A stretch of 64,000 nucleotides of DNA from Eledone cirrhosa (lineage: Eukaryota). The translations under genes were made by a program, and so were the position numbers. Below, piece after piece: positions 14,346-28,864 of the stretch (position 1 is its first letter; each line of letters opens with the position of its first letter). The notes beneath the pieces were generated by a model. That model made no database searches and was not told the origin of the DNA. It worked only from the letters and a program-made list of their open reading frames with translations. The stretch covers positions 233,988,001 through 234,052,000 of the forward strand of contig OZ024740.1 of the NCBI GenBank assembly GCA_964016885.1, in the 5' to 3' direction.

Positions 14346-14615
14346 AAGTGGAAGTTTTTAGTAAAATCGAAGTTTTGGCTGTGGCCAAGCAAAGTCGACC
14401 TACAATAAGGAATGAGTAGCAAAGCACTCAATAAGGGTAGGTCCTTAGAGTAATAACATTATGTTTAAATAGCTTGACACATTGAAAATTGCGGTGGGCT
14501 AAACCCAACCATACAGTACCAAAACAACGAAAGAACTAATCAGGTTAAAACAAAAGACCTGGGCAGATCGAACGATATTCTGCAACACGTCCGATATATA
14601 TAATTATGTATATAA

Positions 14616-14742
<127 letters not shown>

Positions 14743-15142
14743 ATATATATATAAACATGATTTCAACATTTCTGTTATTGTTTTTTTTATGTTCATCATG
14801 GTATTGTATTTTCCCAAGTGATGCGTTGAAACAATTTTAAAGCATTAAATGCTTTAAGAAATCTTACCTACCATTTCAGTTCGTACATATATCTGTGTAT
14901 ATATAAAGAAATAAAGATGTGAGAAAAACCACAGACCCTCCATCTCAACTCTGCTTTTGAAAAGCAGAAGATCTGCGAAACCGGTAAAGGAACCAAATAA
15001 ATATATATATTTTTCTAAAAATAAGACTCAAGTTGCATTTTCGATCTCATCTTTTTTTCTTTATACTTTCACTCGTGTAGGACACCTCGGTTATTTTTCA
15101 TTTTGTAAAAAAACCTCACTTTCTAATATATATATGTATGTA

Positions 15143-15241
<99 letters not shown>

Positions 15242-15320
15242 GGCTCTGTGTGTCTGTCTGTCTGTCTATGTAAATGTGTATGAGTGTGTATGCAGATACA
15301 AGGTTATGTATGTATGTCTT

Positions 15321-15392
<72 letters not shown>

Positions 15393-15423
15393 AAAGAACA
15401 CAAGAGCATCTACAACATAAATC

Positions 15424-15483
15424 TTTTATTGGCTTACAAGGTTTCTTCTTTACATAACCGTAGGATTCTTCAGAGCTATAAAA
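15424..15483 (-). ncRNA. Hammerhead-like motif, probable solo PLE pLTR end
   Basis: Minus strand: gct-CTGAAGA-atcctacggttatgtaaagaa-GAAA-ccttg-TA-agc. Lies next to (TA)n; stem II is imperfect. Confidence 0.6.
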
Positions 15484-16589
15484 GGGGTTTGATTGGTGTT
15501 ATGGACTCTACCAACCAAACATTCAAGAACAAAGAGTAAAGAGCAAAAGCAGGTGACAATAAGTCTAATTTAGGTGCGGGAGGGTGGGGTGTGGGTCCTT
15601 GTTTACTAGCTGTGGTCATATTCATTCCCGGGAGTCTAGCGGTTAGTGGAGCCATAGATGGGGTGGCATTGATAGTAGGGTGCAGAGGGTGTGCAGAGGC
15701 TACACACACACAAAGGGCATATAATATATATATAACGGAGGAGAAAGTACATGAGGTAATTCGAAATGGAATAAGAATAATAATAATTTATAGTTAATAA
15801 TGTATAATAAGGCATAGGGAACATTACATTATAATAAGATATAAAATTAAGAGTGAAATAAAATATAAGGGAGGATACAAATGAAAATAAGAATAAAAAT
15901 AAAAAATAAAATTAAAAAAATATATAAAAAATATATAGAGAATATATAAAAAAAATATAAGCAAGTATCAGAAAGGGAAAAACACAACGTAAAAAAACAG
16001 ATTTTGCTAAATAAAAATATTATAAATATGGGGGGGAGAAAACGGGAGAGAGAAATACAATCATAATGTGATTAGTTGAGAGAATATAAGATGATAATCA
16101 GTGTGTCAAGTTTATACATCTTAATAATAAATAATATGTATATTAGAGTTACACATCTTTCAATGCACTTGCAAGTCCAAGCCATCGGGCATAGTCCATC
16201 GCTTATCTGTGCGGTCTTGTATGTTTGTTTTCGACCACACAACAGATCAACAAGTTCGTATATCTCAATGCAAATATAATTCGATGGAGGATCCAATATT
16301 CCTAGTTCGTTGCTGACCCAATATGTGTGTAGTGTTATTTTGGTCGCATAAATCTGTCACTTGGTTCAATATTATGGAGTATGGTTTTCAGGTCTTCGAT
16401 ACACTATCAGTGGTTGTATATCTCAAAATCACAAGGATCACAGTACTCCGGTTAGGTTTGATTATCGGTCATCTAACTATGTTGTCGGTGGTTGGATTCA
16501 AATCTATTGCCCAGAACGTAGAACTTTGGCGTTGATTGAACATTAACGAGGCAGAATGAAATCGCATCTGTGGTAAATAACGGTACGCA

Positions 16590-17190
16590 AGGAAATTCTT
16601 CGTCTTCGTTTCATCCGGGTCTAGCAATCACTGCGGAAAGCGGCGTCGGCCTACGCCGACGACATGACAGTGATGGTGTCGAGCGCCTCACAAATCGAGG
16701 AAGTCGGCACCTTACTGAAGGAATACGAAAGGTTCACAGGAGCGAAGCTGAACCGGGACAAGTCCATCGGTTTGCAACTCGGATTGTGGAGAGGCAAACC
16801 GATGCCTTCCGATGGCGTCGTCGGATGCTGGACGGAAGGACCAGTAAAGCTGCTCGGGGTCTGATTTGGTCCGGACCTCCAGGTGGAGAAGAACTGGAAC
16901 GAGGTGTCGGCCAAGGTGTTTGCACTCACCCAGAAGTGGGCCGAGTGCAAACTATTCTTAAAAGGTCGAGCGGAGGTCGCAAACACTTTTATAGCTTCCG
17001 CCATCTACTACAGCTTGACCGTCGTGCCTTGTCCAGCCAAAACGCCCCCCAAAATGGGGCGCGCGCTCTTCCACTTCCTTTGGAAGAGGCGGGCTCCTTT
17101 GGTAAGAAGATCCATCTGCTGCCAACACCCTTCCAACGGAGGGCTGGGGATGCCGTGGCTGACGATGCACAAAGACGCGCTCAGGCTGCG
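16590..17190 (+). mobile_element. Tx1/L1-like non-LTR retrotransposon RT C-terminal fragment
   Basis: GC-rich island reading AYADDMTV..GAKLNRDKS..VKLLGV, then LKGRAEVANTFIASAIYY..GGLGMP, with an in-frame stop. Confidence 0.8.
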
Positions 17191-17513
17191 GCACACACAA
17201 AAACAAGATGGCATAGGACAGAACAAAGGAGAGGCACAAAAACAAAGAAAAGAATCCCCAGTCACTGAAGAGGTCACAGAATGTGTGACGAAAGAACTTT
17301 GACAATATATAAACAATCATTTGGCTGTGGAACCAACCAACCAACCGGAAATTTATAAATTCCTAAATTTATAAATTTATTGTAATAAATTGAAGTGAAA
17401 GCAACTGGTGCGTATGTTTTTTATTGGCAACATGACCCTCCCAAAGTATAACAATATCGGTTTCAACACACGTTTTCAGATAAAGAATCTTGCTAAACAA
17501 ATTCAGAAAAGAA

Positions 17514-17515
<2 letters not shown>
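17190..17515 (+). repeat. Hammerhead-bearing repeat family (copies at 29270-29540 minus and 38140-38310 partial)
   Basis: 17261-17303 reads gtca-CTGAAGA-g-gtcac-agaatgt-gtgac-GAAA-gaactt-tgac. The homolog at 29454-29496 (-) has CTGAGGA. Confidence 0.7.
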
Positions 17516-17583
<68 letters not shown>

Positions 17584-17584
17584 C

Positions 17585-17699
<115 letters not shown>

Positions 17700-17792
17700 G
17701 TACTTAAAAGGTAAACAGAATTAACAACACACAATCGGTACAGTATATGGAAGCTATATATTAGGTTAATGCTTGATATAGCAGGAAGAGTG

Positions 17793-17828
17793 TCTCAACG
17801 TTTCGGACGCTAGTCTTTCATCAGAAGA
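17793..17828 (-). ncRNA. Minimal hammerhead-like motif
   Basis: Minus strand: tctt-CTGATGA-aa-gac-tagc-gtc-c-GAAACGTT-gaga, with a palindromic ACGT stem III. Confidence 0.55.
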
Positions 17829-18047
17829 AATAATAAGAAATAAGATAGATTGAGGTGACGGGCGGAATGGAATTGCAAAAAATGTCTTTAGATAAAAATA
17901 ACAGGTCCATTCATAGGCGAGAGATAGAGTATATGTACTTTATCTCTTGTTCTTTTTCTTTTGTATATTTTGTAAACGGGGGATAAAGTAAAATGATATC
18001 AGTGCAGCCTACTTAAAATGATCATGTTCACCAAATTATTTTATAGC

Positions 18048-18173
18048 ATGGATGATCCAAATGAGGTACAAATGTTTTTCTTTGACCTGAAAAATGAACA
18101 AGGAAAAAAGAATGATTCATCAGGTAAAAAGCCGAAACGATCGAAGCTATACCGTTCAATTATCAATATTAAG
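18048..18173 (+). CDS. SLCO/OATP transporter, probable first coding exon
   Basis: tttatag acceptor, then ATG 18048 and 42 open codons MDDPNEVQ...YRSIINIK, then gtaagt. Phase 0 matches the next exon. Confidence 0.7.
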
Positions 18174-18315
18174 GTAAGTCTATAAGACATACATACACAT
18201 ATACATATACACGACTCACTTATATCCACACACGCACTATCTCTCTCTCATACACACACATGCATATACGCACACAATTATCCGCATACATTCCTTTATT
18301 ATTTCATTGGTTCCA

Positions 18316-18700
18316 GGAGCGGTGGGTTGGCAGTATCGGTAGAGGATCGGACACCATGCTTTGTAGCATAAAGTTGCGGCCCTTTATGTTCTGAGTTCAA
18401 ATCCCGCCGAGGTTAACTTTGCCTTTCATCTTTACGGGGTCGAGAAAATAAAGTACCAGTCACGCTCTGGAGTCGATTTAATCGACTTTCCCCTCCCCCG
18501 AAATTGCTGGCCTTGTGCCTATATAAGAAACCATTATTTTATTGGTTCCAAGGGCGGTGGTTGGCAGTATACGTAGAGCGTCGGACAATAGGATTTGTGG
18601 TATAGTGTTATGTCCATTTAGGTTCTGAGTTCAAATCCCACCGGCGTTAGCTTTGCTATTCATCCTTATTGACCTTGTGCCTAAACCAGAAACCTTTATT
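18316..18700 (+). mobile_element. Two tandem tRNA-SINE family A copies
   Basis: ggttggcagtatcggtagag (A box) and gagttcaaatccc (B box) each occur twice. Confidence 0.8.
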
Positions 18701-20034
18701 TCCTTGGTACCATTGGTACTGTGACCATGTTGATACCATAACCTCATGGTTATATTCGATTATATTGGTCTCTGTACTTGACCAGTAGTGATTTTATCGG
18801 TCTCGAAAAAATGAAAAGGAAATTCCACAATGGCAGAAATCGAGCTTAGAACAAAGGGAGCTTAGCCAAATACTTCAAATTATTTTGTTAGCTACTCTGC
18901 GGGTTCTGCCATCACTTCACCGATTCGGTAAAATAAAGTGCCATGCATGTTAAATGAGTAACGCTCACGTAGACGCTTACCCAGCTAAAAATCACCACAC
19001 GTTCTCCGCTTGCAGCCCAGAAAAACATATACCGAGGCTTGTCCGGCTGTTTCCTCTTTGCATCAGTCACGGTCGAGGCATCAGGTGTCCCCGGACCACG
19101 TAATGCCGAGCTCTTCCGCAAAATTGGAACGATCAGCAGTCTGTCTGGGGAAGGAGCCCTATAGGTAGGGTGGTTGTTGCTGCGGATGGGGTGGTTGGTG
19201 CTGTCATTGTCCGTAGAAATGTCTTCGCAATTTTGTCGACGCGGCGCAGCTGAAACACCTCCCTGCACTAGGCTCATCACCCATCACTCTCTCCCCTTCC
19301 CCTCCCTTTCTTCTGTAACCCAAAATTGCTTTTCCCTTCCTTTTCCTCTCAAACATTTATAGTCCTTTCCTCTACTTTCCTACACAATAAGATCGCTTTC
19401 TTTACCACTTCCCTTTTTTTCTCATTACTTAATTTAGTTTGTATCTTTCTTTTTCATATTTATGTAATTATCAAAGGTTTTTAAGCCAACTTTGGGAGTG
19501 AAACACGTGTATTGAGAATAAATATTTAATAAACTATTAACAAAACAGAGTTGAAAAGTTTAAATTACACTGCCAAAAATAAAACTAAAAGAGGAAAAAG
19601 ATTTTTTTTTTTTTAAATTCCCCTTTAACCACACCTGACTGCCTTAGAAAGGAATACATATTGGATAACCTATTTCTAGACACACTACATAAGAAAATAA
19701 ACGGCATCGTCATAGATAGAATGACTGTAGAATTTGAAATGTAATCAATATATATTGCAATATATATACCAATATATATATATGCAAAAGAGTATTTTTA
19801 AAGAGCTTATAAGATATTCTCGAACTAATTTCAATCTTGGGTTGTTTTACTTACATAGCTATGTTGCTTTCCTGTTTAAGTATTTTAGTTCTACGGTATT
19901 TCAATGATATCCAAAAGCGTATGCTTAAAATATTTATAGCTCGCGACATTGTATTGGATTTGCGTTAAAAAACAACATATCTGATTAACCGGAAGCTCGT
20001 ATGTTTTTTTGTTTGTTTGTTTTTCTGTTTGCAG

Positions 20035-20344
20035 ATGTTTGCGGTCATCTCTGGTTTGTCTAATATCCCTATCTATTCTGGAACTATTTTCTTAAGTTCC
20101 CAATTGACTTCAATCGAAAAGCATTTCGGCATAAGCAGCAGTAAATCTGCTGGGATAATAAGTGCGAACGAGATTGGGTTCCTACTCACAGCGCTTCTAT
20201 TTGGCTACATTTTCAAAAATAGCCATAAACCACTCGTTTTGGGCATTAGTAACATTGTAAGCGCTATCGCTTCCTTTATATGTGTCCTTCCATTTTTCTT
20301 TCTACATTTGCCAAAAACTGACCAGAACTTCAATGCAAATCGAA
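20035..20344 (+). CDS. SLCO/OATP exon (TM1-3)
   Basis: ttgcag acceptor, gtaagt donor. SQLTSIEKHFGISSSKSAGIISANEIG is a typical OATP motif. Ends in phase 1. Confidence 0.92.
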
Positions 20345-21459
20345 GTAAGTATCAATGTGTTTTCTTTGTACGGATAATCATAATATAATAAAGGAAGGAG
20401 TGCGGGACTGCGCCCAGAATATATTTTTTCATCCTGTTAGTAAAATAAGTTGGATTACTTTGAATAAATAATGAATGAATATTACATAATTTTTTGTACA
20501 AAATTTCATAGCTGTTGATTAAACATAAATATTCTAATATATAATGATTGCTTATTTTAAAATTCATTTCTTTAAACATTTTCTAATGTCTACACTTCCG
20601 GTTAGCGTCCGTTATATCAGAACACTTATTACATTGTTTATGTAAACGTTCATATATTTCTATTGTTATATAAGGTTTATATTTCGGTCGCTAATTTTCT
20701 CCTTTTTCGTTTTCATTACATTTCACCGTAATGCAGTTTATATATTATATCGTCTTTTTTAAATATATCATGGATTACTTTACTGATTACAGAAGACAGT
20801 GTAACACAGTCTCTCTTCAATTTCTGTGCATATTGTCAATTACGATTTTATATGACATATCATATCTACATGCATGTATATTTGCATATAATATCAATAT
20901 GCACACTACACATGCTTCGGATGGTTTTTCTGCTAGTAAATTATTAAAGATGCAAGATTTTCTAATTTGAATTGTAAAACTTTTCTCTTGGGGAGAGAGT
21001 ATTTTGTTGATTTGATTAACTATGGCATTTTATAGTAGTTTATATTCTACCCATTCAGAAGATCTGGGAAGTAAAATCAGTTCCAGAGACATTTCAACAT
21101 AAGTTGTTTGTTTTGTATTTTGATTTTTCCTATATTACGGAATACTTTTCTATTCTACAATAAATTACTACCTATTAAAATATTTTAAAATTCTAATATA
21201 TAACAGGTATTAACTAAGACTTCACCTTTCATACGATTATGAAGGCAATAATCTATTTCGTTGAAGTTTTTTCAGTAGTCGTATATGTATTACATGATTT
21301 CACTGCAATACCGAAAACAGCACTATTTGTCGTAGGTACGTGCAGTGTGGTATTTTGTATTTTCTATTATATTGATAGTACTCAACGTAATATATGTAAG
21401 GTTCCTCGTAGTGTTATTTTCTCTATGTTGTGCATATACGTAAGTATTGGAGTTTGAAA

Positions 21460-21752
21460 AGTGAAGGTGTGTGGCTTTGTGATTAGGAAATTCGATACAC
21501 GGCAGAACGCTGTGTCCTTGAGTAAGACACTTTATTTCACGTTGCTCCAGTTCACTCAACTTGCAAACATGAGTTGTATCTGTAATTCAGCTTTGTCACA
21601 TTCTATGTCGAGTCGAATCTCCCTGAGATTCGTACCGTTAAGGGTACACGTGTTTGTGTAATGCTCAGTCACTTGCACGTTAATTTCACGATCAGGGTGT
21701 TCAGTTGATCGGACCAACTGGAACACTCGTCGTCGTAACCGACAGAATGCCT
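21460..21752 (+). mobile_element. tRNA-SINE family B
   Basis: gtccttgagtaagacactttatttcacgttgctccag is shared with the 3352 and 40124 copies. Confidence 0.7.
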
Positions 21753-21939
21753 TTCTTCCAGAGTTTGAGTTATATATTTGTATGCGTCTTTTTTGGTTAT
21801 TCTCAAAGATACTTAATAATATAGCAGTTTCTTTCTGATCTCAGTTCTCACATTCTAGTTTCCAATATTTCAAGGTCTTTATATTTGGATAATTTCTCCA
21901 ATTCTTTTAGAGATGAAATATCAGCTATTAGAATGTCAG

Positions 21940-22016
<77 letters not shown>

Positions 22017-22020
<4 letters not shown>

Positions 22021-22207
22021 AACAAGTAAGACCCCAACGGCTGAGCTCAAGCCGTTTCGACGGCTAATTCTGGACTGAATTAGCCGTCGAAACGGCTTGA
22101 GCTCAGCCATCGGGGTCTTACTTGTTCCTATTACCCAGTCTACTACCCTAAGTATTGAGTACTTTGGTGCGTTATGGTCCACCTGGTTCCTTACCACATT
22201 TCCTTCG

Positions 22208-22210
<3 letters not shown>
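22017..22210 (+). mobile_element. Fold-back hammerhead mini-element, copy 2, in (TA)n
   Basis: Palindrome 22017-22131 with loop tggact. Same tail as 5131-5325. Confidence 0.8.
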
Positions 22211-22263
<53 letters not shown>

Positions 22264-22268
22264 ATATG

Positions 22269-22299
<31 letters not shown>

Positions 22300-22362
22300 A
22301 TATATGTATATATGTATATATATATGTATATATATATATGTATATATATATATGTATATATG

Positions 22363-22393
<31 letters not shown>

Positions 22394-22396
22394 GTA

Positions 22397-22554
<158 letters not shown>

Positions 22555-22599
22555 TATATAACCAAAAAAGAGAAATAGGACGAAGGTAAACAATTACAA

Positions 22600-24985
22600 A
22601 AGAATGTAATCCACGTATTTACAATTGTTTCATCAGAATTTCAGTCCATTATTGCTACACTATGTTATAATAGGCAACCAAGAAAGATACTGTGGCATCC
22701 GAATTTTCAAAATACAAAGTTGGAATGACCTTAGGAAATGAAATAAGGGGTAGTAGTGTAAGATAGAGGAACAGAGAGAGAGAGAGAGGGGCAAAAGAGA
22801 GGGAGAGAGAGAGAGAAAAGGGATAGAGGAAGGGAGAGAAAGAGAAAGAGATAGTGTGGTGTGAGAGGATTTGTATAGGGAGGGGGAGGAGGGATGTGTG
22901 CTAAAAGTTGTGATGAGTAGAGGGAGAGAGAAGGAAGATAGAATTTTAAGAGGCATTTGGAAGTGGGCATGCGAAAGTCTTACCAGAGAACAGATGAAGG
23001 AAGAAAGTATTAAATTTCATATATAGTCTATTTTTAGGGGTGTAGAATTGTTATTTAGGGTAGAAAGATAGGTAGTGTTAGGATTTGGTTGAAGGTTTGA
23101 AGTGTGAGAATTTCGCTTTCAGTTTATGCTGGCAAAAAATTGACCTTTCAATTTTGTTGTTGAGTAGTTGGTGGCTTGAGCTTAGAATATGGAAGAGCTC
23201 ATTATTACACAACGGACACGTTTTCATCCCACTCCGGTATGGAGGAGCATGTGAGAGTTTGATCCATTTAAGGGTGTATTGTCGGTTACTCCCTTTTAAG
23301 TGCCAAATTTTGTCGGCGAGAGTCGTTACGTAACGGTGTTGGTGGTGCTTTATTGCGTAACGATGCGTGTACCAACGAGTTTTGAAGGTGTTTGCAGTGC
23401 TGCCTATGTAGTACCAGGTTTGGTTGCCCGACTCAACCGAGCACCTGTATACTAGGTTTGAATGCAAACATTCGTTATTCAATGGACAAGTCTCTGGAAG
23501 GTGGCAATTACAATTTCTGTTATGGGCAGTGGTGGAGTTATAGGTGTGCTGGGATGTGTGTGTGAGTGTGTTTTGTGCATACTGATTGTTAGTGGGTGGT
23601 TGTGTATTAGGTGTATTATTGTGTTGAGCGATTGGGGTGTTGTTGTTACGGAGTTTTTTGGCGTTGAGCATCTTAATGTGTGCGTCTAGGTTTGGTGCAG
23701 TGGAATAAGATAGTCTAATTGTTTTGGTATTAAGTATACTACTATATTTATGTGAATTTGGAAAGTGATTCTTTATAATTTTGTAGAATGTGGAAGGTAA
23801 GTTAGAGCTAATAGAAGAGTTAAAAATAGGATTATACCAAATGTAAGATCTACTCCGTGTTCTGTTTTGCTTTGATGTTGCTGTTGTATTTGTGGTGTGG
23901 TTAGTATTAGGGGGTCTAGGTGCGTGTGTGCGGGTGTTTGTGCGGCGTTTGGCGTGTCTGTGGTTATGTGTTTTATGGTTGTGTGGGTCCATGTATTCTA
24001 GTTTGTCAGTGTGGCCAGCCCGTTCTAATGTAGTGTTGTAGTATTCAGCGTGTTGATCGAATATTTGTTGGTTAGATGAGAGGCGGGATATTCTAAGTGA
24101 TATACTATGTGGCACGGACCTTATAATAGATAGTGGGTGGTTAGAGCTAGTGTGGATGTAGGTGAGGTTCTCATTGTTTTTGTGAAAGGGTGTGATAATT
24201 TGGGTGTTGAGGTTGAAGGTGGCATCTAGGAAGTTAACTACTTTGGTACTATATTCGTAGGTGAGTTTAAGGCCAAGGCTATCTAGGGTTCTTCTAATGC
24301 TCTTACGGGTTCGTTCTATGTTTTTTTTATTCATGTTTTTAACTAATAGGAGAGCGTCATCTCTATAAATTCCGCCTTGAAGGTAACTAACTTTATTATG
24401 TAAGGTGTGGGCTATGTATATACCAACAATATCCGTAACTTGTGCTGAGTCATTAGCACCCATAGTTATGTCAAAGTTATCTATTCTATCCTTACGTATC
24501 CAAAAGTTATTTTCAAATTTAATTATCGTCTTTCTAGCTGCTAGGATAATGTTTATTTCGTCGTCGGTTAAGTCAGAGTTTGTTTTCGCAAATTCTAGTG
24601 CCTTGTTTAGAGTATCGGGTGATATGGAGGAGTAATAGTCATTAATGTCGAATTGTATAAAGTTAGAGGTATTTTTGTTATCTATACTATTAAACCATTT
24701 AGTTGTGTCGCTAGTATTGTCCCAAAGTTTAATAACTAGTTTATTCCTTAATTGTATTATTATTCTATCTAAAATATGCTTGCTAATTTTACCTATGTCT
24801 GACTTAGATGGGCGCATATTAATCTAATAGTGGGTTTATCTAGGAAATCTAATTTGTGGTCCTTAAGATTAAAGGTGGGGGTGCAAGTTGTCATGGGCTC
24901 AGTTCTATCTTCAAGTTCTAGACTTTTGACAATATGGTGTGCTTGTTTGTTGATGTTAAGTAGTGCTTTGTTATTGGTTTTCTTA
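22600..24985 (-). mobile_element. Penelope-like retroelement, 5'-truncated, RT-GIY-YIG ORF 23078-24817
   Basis: FIQFDINDYY, FDITMGANDSAQVTDIVG, GGIYRDD, CNCHLPETCPLNNEC, LVYRC..WYYIGST, CPLCNNE. Bounded by TA-rich tracts; antisense within an SLCO intron. Confidence 0.95.
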
Positions 24986-25185
24986 TATATATATGTATGT
25001 ATATATATGTATATATGTATATATATGTATATAGATTCTTCGTCCTATTTCTCTTCTTTGATTACACTCCTCGTTTGTTCGTGTTTCCACTACAGAATCC
25101 CTACCAACCTGTCGAGTCACCTTAACGTATGTTGAGAACTTTCCTCACAACTTGTTCTACCAAGCTTTGGAATACTCCTAATAAC

Positions 25186-25247
<62 letters not shown>

Positions 25248-25283
25248 TATGTATACATATATATATATATATACATATATATA

Positions 25284-25368
<85 letters not shown>

Positions 25369-25700
25369 TCTGGATTCCTGTTGATAAGCACAGAAGATTT
25401 GAATATTTCACTTTTTATACCACCGTTACGAAACATATTTAGGTTTTGAAGTTCAAATTCATCTACGGAGCAGGTTTGGATTTTGAAATTTAAATTTGTC
25501 CAGGAATCACGACTTTTGCCAGTATGAGCTTCTTTTAATCGATCTATATCGAGACGGACAAACTATATTTATTTTAATTAGTTTATTTCATTTTAGCTAA
25601 CTTAGTCTTTTGCAATGCAATTTATATTAACTTGTATTTCATGGCTCAGAAATGCTTCTTTCTTTGAGCTAATTAATTGTAAATGACTCTAAATATAATA

Positions 25701-25792
<92 letters not shown>

Positions 25793-26081
25793 GCATATAT
25801 ATATATAGATATATATATATAGATATATATATATACATATAGATATATGCATATATATATATATATATAGATATATATATAGATATATATATACATATAT
25901 ATATACACACATATATATATACATATATATGTATATATATGTATATATACACATATATATATATACATATATATGTATATATATATATATGAATATATAC
26001 ACATATATATATATATATATGTGTGTATATATGTATATATACATATATATATATGTATATATACATATATATATATACATA

Positions 26082-26157
<76 letters not shown>

Positions 26158-26162
<5 letters not shown>

Positions 26163-26690
26163 TAAAACATGTCTATAGAATCACCAGATAAAATATATAC
26201 CGTTTCCTCTCCCAATTACCATAATTAACCATATAAAAAATCGATTAGACCAAGCTATAAGCATAAAGGCTTCTATGAAGAAATCTCCGACAAATAACAG
26301 AAAGCATCCCTCCGCGGCGGTTGCGACGGAGTATTTATCGAGTATTTCGACAGCGTGTATAAATCGTCCAGATATACAGTCAACTAAACAAAATTAGGTG
26401 TAAAATAAACTAGGAAAAAAGTGAACATATTTAGTTACCTCTACCATGGTTTCGTCCGCATTTTAAGATATCCGATAATATTGGACATCTGGAGCACCGG
26501 ACTCTTCAGGAAGTTAGCTCAAATTTAGACAATTAATTTTCCAAAGTGATCGCGCCAAATTTATATTCAAAAAAGCCTTTATGCATATAGCTTGGTCTAA
26601 TCGATTTTTTATATGGTTAATTATGCTAATTGGGAGAGGAAACTGTATATATTTTATCTGGTGATTCTATAGACATGTTTTATGATATAT
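26158..26690. repeat. Inverted repeat element (~115-bp arms) enclosing a hammerhead
   Basis: 26160-26272 is the reverse complement of 26573-26686. Follows a long (TA)n tract. Confidence 0.8.
26437..26514 (-). ncRNA. Type I hammerhead with extended stem II
   Basis: Minus strand: acttc-CTGAAGA-gtccg...cggac-GAA-ACCATGGT-A-gaggt. Palindromic stem III and GUA site. Confidence 0.78.
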
Positions 26691-26748
26691 AGCTCTGATT
26701 ATATAATTTATTAACTCTTAATTGAGCCACAAAGTGACCCGTTGCAAA

Positions 26749-26838
<90 letters not shown>

Positions 26839-27164
26839 CTTTATATATATATATATTAAATTATATATATATATATATTAACCAAGATGATATTTACCAA
26901 AAAGAAGAACAAGTCAACATCATTGGATACCATCAGGGTTGCAGGTGTTATATCAGAGTTTTCCTTCTCCTAGAATTCTGCCTTGACAAAGGCTAAGGGG
27001 TCATCTCTCCCGGTGATTTTGGATGGCCATTGACTCTTAAGAGCTCCTTTGCCCTTTGACAGGTTTTGTTTTTAGTCCTGCAGGATGTCAAAAGTCACCC
27101 TCCTCACCAAGAAACCTTGGTGGGGTTGCCAGTTTAGTCGCCAACGACCCGACCATATATATAC

Positions 27165-27244
<80 letters not shown>

Positions 27245-27248
<4 letters not shown>

Positions 27249-27455
27249 CGAAGGAAATGTGGTAAGGAACCAGATGGACCATAACGCACCAAAGTACTCA
27301 ATACTCAGGATAGAAGAGTGGGTAATAGGAACAAGTATGACCCCGACGGCAGAGCTCAAGCCGTTTCGACGGCTAATTCTGGACGGCTAATTCAGTCCTG
27401 AATTACCCGTCGAAACGGCTTGAGCTCTGCCGTCGGGGTAATACTTGTTCCTATA
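27245..27455 (-). mobile_element. Fold-back hammerhead mini-element, copy 3
   Basis: Reverse complement of the 5131 family. The junction keeps a near-complete stem II: acggctaattc-agtcct-gaattacccgtc. Confidence 0.8.
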
Positions 27456-27674
27456 TATATATATTTATATATTAGAGTATGGGGTTAACCGAATAAAGAT
27501 GTGTGGGCCATATTATGGTCTGTCGAAGCCGATAAAAAGAAGCGCTCAGCGACCTCTAGAAGTGGTACAAATCGGAGCATTATATATTAAGAGGCAGGCC
27601 GTCGAAGAAACAACACCACGCGTTCAGCCGGCCTCCGGTATAATGAAAAGAAAATCTTTTTCGGGGAAATTATT

Positions 27675-27862
27675 GGGTGGATTGGCAGTATCGGTAGAGT
27701 GTAGGACGCCATGCTTTCCAGCATAGTTACGTCCCTTTATGGTCTGAGTTCAAATCCCGCCGAGGTTGACTTTGCCTTTCATCCTTACGGGGTCGATAAA
27801 ATAAAGTACCAGTAATGCACTGGGTAATTGCTGGCCTTGTGCCTAAAGTAGAAATAATTATT
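27675..27862 (+). mobile_element. tRNA-SINE family A
   Basis: Near full-length copy with A/B boxes; aattattgg occurs at both ends. Confidence 0.85.
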
Positions 27863-28055
27863 GGATTTTTCCAAATTTAAAGGTTTCTTGGAAACTTTCA
27901 AAGCTTATTTTAGGTTTTGCCCTCTGAACAGCTCAGGCTATCATATCTGATAGTCCCCAGTTAAATATGTATAACGGAGTTTTAAATAAACCTGAATCAA
28001 GTGAATATGACCTCCGGTCTTTTATTAATATATATATGTGTATATATATATATAT

Positions 28056-28149
<94 letters not shown>

Positions 28150-28151
<2 letters not shown>

Positions 28152-28290
28152 GATATTAACAAATGGAAACTATATTTATAAAACTATATCTATTTCATGA
28201 TACATATTTCAAGGACACCAAGTTAAATTGTGGTGTGCTTTCATCAGATAAAATATAATATAGATCAGTTTTATAAATAAATATTGACAT
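28150..28290 (-). repeat. Hammerhead-like repeat family (also 30780-30870 and 52205-52465)
   Basis: Minus strand: tattttat-CTGATGA-aagcacacca...tggtgtcctt-GAAAtatgtaTC-atgaaata. Confidence 0.6.
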
Positions 28291-28467
28291 ATCCTTAAAA
28301 AATGCAACCATTACTGTTGGAAGCTCCCGGATAGTGACTATGTATGTACGTATACATACTATATGTATGTACGTATATATACTATATGTATGTACGTATA
28401 CATACTTATATTTAAGTAATAGCCGTACTAAGAGTGAGAAATGAAATTTTATTTCATTTTTTCCGTT

Positions 28468-28574
<107 letters not shown>

Positions 28575-28642
28575 TCATATATATATACATATATGTATAC
28601 ATATATGTATATATATATGTGTGTTTTGTTCTAATTTTCCAG

Positions 28643-28864
28643 CCGGATCCGTAGTACCACTGTTTCCCTGCATGAATCTTAATGCTTCTGCCGACCCAAA
28701 CATGTGTACACCGGAAGATAAAGAATCCGCCACATCTACCACCGCTTACGCGTTGATGACTATTGGTATGATTCTTGGAGGTATCTGCAAGTCTGTAAGG
28801 GCGCCTCTGATCACGTGTTATATTGATGACAACATAGATAAAGCTTATATCGGCGCATACATAA
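28643..28864 (+). CDS. SLCO/OATP exon (TM4 region)
   Basis: ttccag acceptor, gtgagt donor. [29 protein letters not shown] matches the OATP YIDDN motif. Phase 1-1. Confidence 0.92.

Noticed and set aside
16570-17268. 232-aa + strand ORF
   Set aside because: Off-frame reading of the Tx1-like RT fragment; the RT motifs are in another frame.
18105-18150. tcatcag...gccgaaacgatcg resembling hammerhead pieces
   Set aside because: The two halves are on opposite strands and lie within the first SLCO coding exon.
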